DNA from: an uncultured cyanobacterium
Lineage (GTDB): Bacteria; Cyanobacteriota; Cyanobacteriia; Cyanobacteriales; Nostocaceae
Assembly: GCA_963740315.1 (NCBI GenBank)
Contig: CAVUDP010000002.1
Coordinates: 3,200,001-3,264,000, forward strand
Direction: 5' to 3'
Length of the DNA: 64,000 nt
The notes beneath the pieces were generated by a model. The model ran no database searches, was not told the DNA's origin, and saw nothing but the letters and a program-made list of their open reading frames with translations. This document shows, piece by piece, positions 60,886-64,000 of the stretch (position 1 is its first letter; each line of letters opens with the position of its first letter). A program made the translations under genes and the position numbers.

Positions 60886-62310
60886 TTAGATTGTTTGTAT
60901 CTTCTTAAGCGCGGGAGTTAAATGTTCTGGAATTCCATCTAGTTGAATCACATTACAACCGAGTTTATAAGCAAATTCTACAGATTCCCCAGCGCCAAGA
61001 GCATTGTAAAAGCCCGTTGCAAATTTAATTGCGGCTTTATCGCCAATCTCTTGATTCATACCAATTACATAAGGAATATGTTTGGCGATCGCGCTTGCTT
61101 GAACTTCTGAATAACAAGCGTTGAGAACAACACATTCGATTGTGTCAGAAAATAACTCGAAGAGTTTAGCTATTGCTTCTGTATTTACTAAGTTCAAATT
61201 TCCGTCTTCATCTTCCAGGGCTAAACCATCATCACCGGAACCGTGTCCGCTAAAATGCACGATTTGGGGTTTAAAGTCTAGTAGTGCTTGGTAAACTTCC
61301 TGGGAACGCACAGCCCAGCGTTGTTTAAAGTCGAATAGTTCTCGTTTTTTGGCTAGTCGTAATCCAGCATCAATTTCTCGTACTTCCTCATCCAATCGTA
61401 ATTGTGAAGTGTTTTTAGGATTGGATGCCAGAATTAGGATTGTTTTGACTGCTGAATTCTCAGTTTCTTGATGATTTTGCTTTTGAGCTTCATTATTATT
61501 GATATTTCCACCGATTTGTTCGGCATTTACCGCATCAGCATTGACTAAACCACCAGCGAATTGAGCGCCTTTTAAATTATTATTAATTTGTTTATAATTT
61601 TCTGACATTACAATATTTCCTTGATTCTGGACTTTTTTATGGAAGTTTTGGGTAATAATAGTTTGTTTTTGATATGAATAATGATTTTGATAACCTATTT
61701 TTTGAGCATTTTTGTCTAGGTAATTTATAATATCACCAAAATGATATGAAATCGTCTCAAAAATAGACACACCAGATGATATTTCTGCTTTATTTATAAT
61801 TTTTTCTATTGTTGCAAAAAGTTCTCTAAAATATTTAGATAAATTGTTTAGATATTCCTCTTTGTTTATTGGTACTATTAATCTTTGCTTTATTTTTTCT
61901 CCAAAAAAAACAAGGCAAGGTATTTGATTAATATCAATTTTTAACTCTCTCGCAATATCGTATGCTTCAGCCTTATCAATTGGGTTAGTAAATCTTAATT
62001 GAATTTTTTCAAAAAAAGATAAGTTTTCTGCTCTCCATTTACTGTCAGGTTTTTCTAAAACAAAAACTTGACACCAATCACCACTCAATCTATGAAATTC
62101 TTGAAAATGTGTTTGAATATACATTTTGAGAATATCATCCGCATCTGTATAAAGTAAAACTCCTCGAACGGTTTCTTTATTAACTGATTCCATCTGAGAA
62201 AAGAAGTGTCTAAAGCTTGACGTAGGAATCATACTATCACCCCGAATCACACCTAATTCCGTACAATTACCCTTGATCTCATTAAGTTGTCTTTCAGGAT
62301 TTTCTGACAT
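60886..62310 (-). CDS. CHAT domain protein with an unknown N-terminal domain
   Basis: ILILASNP, LRLDEEVREI, HFSGHG, VLNACYS. Confidence 0.85.
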   Translation of the reverse strand: MSENPERQLNEIKGNCTELGVIRGDSMIPTSSFRHFFSQMESVNKETVRGVLLYTDADDILKMYIQTHFQEFHRLSGDWCQVFVLEKPDSKWRAENLSFFEKIQLRFTNPIDKAEAYDIARELKIDINQIPCLVFFGEKIKQRLIVPINKEEYLNNLSKYFRELFATIEKIINKAEISSGVSIFETISYHFGDIINYLDKNAQKIGYQNHYSYQKQTIITQNFHKKVQNQGNIVMSENYKQINNNLKGAQFAGGLVNADAVNAEQIGGNINNNEAQKQNHQETENSAVKTILILASNPKNTSQLRLDEEVREIDAGLRLAKKRELFDFKQRWAVRSQEVYQALLDFKPQIVHFSGHGSGDDGLALEDEDGNLNLVNTEAIAKLFELFSDTIECVVLNACYSEVQASAIAKHIPYVIGMNQEIGDKAAIKFATGFYNALGAGESVEFAYKLGCNVIQLDGIPEHLTPALKKIQTI

Positions 62311-62622
62311 AAATTTATTCTCTTAATCCTTTTATCTAAAGCTTTATTTTTGTTTTGTTAGCTAGCAATGAAACCTAAAAAATAAAAATATACTTACGAC
62401 CAGAATAGTTTAGTAGCAAAACCTGCCCTAATTAAGTGTTTGCACTGATGATATATACACTTTTTTATGCAGCATTCCGGAGTGAAAAGCATTTAAAAGG
62501 TAATTAAAGAGGATTTAGAGAGCTACTTAAAATAAACTTAAATAAAAAGCCTTACCCTGCCTCCGGTTTCCCTCTCGATAAATCAGGCAATGGTGTACAC
62601 CCCAGTAGTGAAAACCTTTATT

Positions 62623-62742
62623 CCACCTGGGATTGCAAATCCCAGGCTCATAGCCCAAGTCTACTGAAGTAGACTGAAATTCTTACCCAGTCGTCAAAAG
62701 AGCGACTTTTGCTATTAGACAGGGGTTTGCAACCCCCGGCGG
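62623..62742. repeat. Multi-hairpin dispersed repeat
   Basis: Consecutive hairpins CCTGGGATT/AATCCCAGG, AGTCTACT/AGTAGACT, AGTCG/CGACT, GGGGTT/AACCCC. Confidence 0.55.
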
Positions 62743-62914
62743 TATTTGTGTGTATGCGGCAGGATGTAATAAATATTAATTCTCTTTGCAAAATTACACT
62801 ACACCAACGGCTTTAATGCTAAGAGCTTTCTATAGGTAATTATCTTTAACACGATTATCATTAAATTCTCATCCAGCCCAACCACCCGCTGAAAATCCCA
62901 GCACCGAGGGGAAT

Positions 62915-64000
62915 ATGAACACTTCCGAAAAACTAATCTGGCTCCAGGAGCGCACTGCTTTAGGAATACTCGATCGCGAACCAATAAGCGCGATCGCACA
63001 AATCATCGAAGAAAAAGTTATTCCAGAAAACGAGCGTTTATTTGAAGAAGAAACTCCACCGGAAGCGCTTTACATTCTTCTGGAAGGCAAACTCGAAAGC
63101 AATAGTAAAGATAAAAATAATCTTACTTTCAATTGTGGTTTACTTCCTGGAGCGGTAATTAATCTACAAGAGTTGGTTTTGGATGAGTTAACAAAATGTT
63201 CTGTTACAACTTTGAGTGAATGCCGTTTCTGGGTAGTACCTGCGACAAAGTTTAAAGAATTAATTGCTGAATATCCTCAAATTCAAACGGCTATTTCTCG
63301 TGGATTAGCTCAAGAAGTTGCACAGCTAACATCGGCACTTACTAACGAACAAGATCGTTCTCTTGCTTTACGCCCGTATTTAGTTACCAAAGCGCAACGG
63401 GGAGTTGTGGGGACAAGTCGTTATGCTGTCAAGTTGCGAGAACAAATTCGCGAAGCTGCTGACACTCGCGATTCTATATTGATATTTGGCGAACCTGGTT
63501 TAGAAAAAGATAATATCGCTGCTTTGATTCATTTTGGTTCTGATTTTCGCCGACAACCAATTATTAAGGTAGATTGCGGTATTTTACAGACTAGCGGTGC
63601 CGATTTATTTGGACGTGTGGGGGGTAAACCGGGGTTAATTGCATGGTTGGGTGAAGGTACTTTAATTCTGAATAATATCCAGGAAACACCACCGGAATTA
63701 TTACCAAAGTTAGCTGAGTTTATCGAAACTGGTACTTATAAACCTACGACTCGCGAAGGACAACCCGAACCCGAACCTTATAATAGTCAAGCTCGCATTC
63801 TAATTATTTCAGAACAAACTCAGCCATCAATTCAGAAAGTTGTTGATAAAACCATCAAAGCTCCACCCGTGCGAGTGCGGAAGGGTGATATCAAAGCGAT
63901 TGTTGAATATTATATTAGTCTTTATGCTCGCCAAGAAGGCATTCGCAAACCGAAAGTAACGCCGGAAGCTTTACGTAGATTGCAGTCTTACGATTTTCCC
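62915..64000 (+). CDS. Cyclic-nucleotide-binding + sigma-54-interaction-like AAA domain protein (partial, runs off the window)
   Basis: ATG at 62915 after GAGGGG; MNTSEKLIWLQERT..., cNMP-like ALYILLEGKLES, then GVVGTSRYA, IFGEPGLEKDN, LRRLQSYDFP; no stop seen before the window end. Confidence 0.8.
   Translation, partial: MNTSEKLIWLQERTALGILDREPISAIAQIIEEKVIPENERLFEEETPPEALYILLEGKLESNSKDKNNLTFNCGLLPGAVINLQELVLDELTKCSVTTLSECRFWVVPATKFKELIAEYPQIQTAISRGLAQEVAQLTSALTNEQDRSLALRPYLVTKAQRGVVGTSRYAVKLREQIREAADTRDSILIFGEPGLEKDNIAALIHFGSDFRRQPIIKVDCGILQTSGADLFGRVGGKPGLIAWLGEGTLILNNIQETPPELLPKLAEFIETGTYKPTTREGQPEPEPYNSQARILIISEQTQPSIQKVVDKTIKAPPVRVRKGDIKAIVEYYISLYARQEGIRKPKVTPEALRRLQSYDFP

Overview
The window looks like chromosomal DNA from a filamentous, probably heterocystous cyanobacterium (Nostocales, Rivularia/Calothrix-like). 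This is inferred from abundant HIP1 octamers (GCGATCGC), heptamer STRR tracts, a PEP-CTERM protein, CAAD/COP23/pentapeptide proteins and an HstK-type kinase. Most of it is housekeeping and accessory metabolism: menD, folB, a sugar ABC operon, rbsK, codA, wecB, glgA, hemC, tenA, ilvD and a second type IA topoisomerase. The most interesting feature is a compact AT-rich two-gene cassette (44107-46574, minus strand). It pairs an AetD-like heme-oxygenase-like diiron oxidase (nitrile synthase family) with a PrnA/RebH-type tryptophan halogenase, with no other aet or prn genes in the window, so it is a candidate minimal pathway to a halogenated indole-3-carbonitrile or related product. The second theme is an active-looking small-repeat mobilome: a RAYT transposase flanked by its own ~65-bp inverted-repeat units with dispersed copies, two long REP-containing tandem arrays, a REP-bounded 129-bp duplication, MITEs, and REPs that supply the stop codons of four genes. 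Other oddities are a sugar-binding protein gene broken by one in-frame TGA, a decayed receiver domain upstream of a PAS-GGDEF gene, a patatin with an inserted domain, and a metal-binding protein lacking its usual ligands that sits divergent from a CooC-like ATPase. No rRNA, tRNA or CRISPR array was recognised. All family assignments come from motif recognition by eye; no searches were run.
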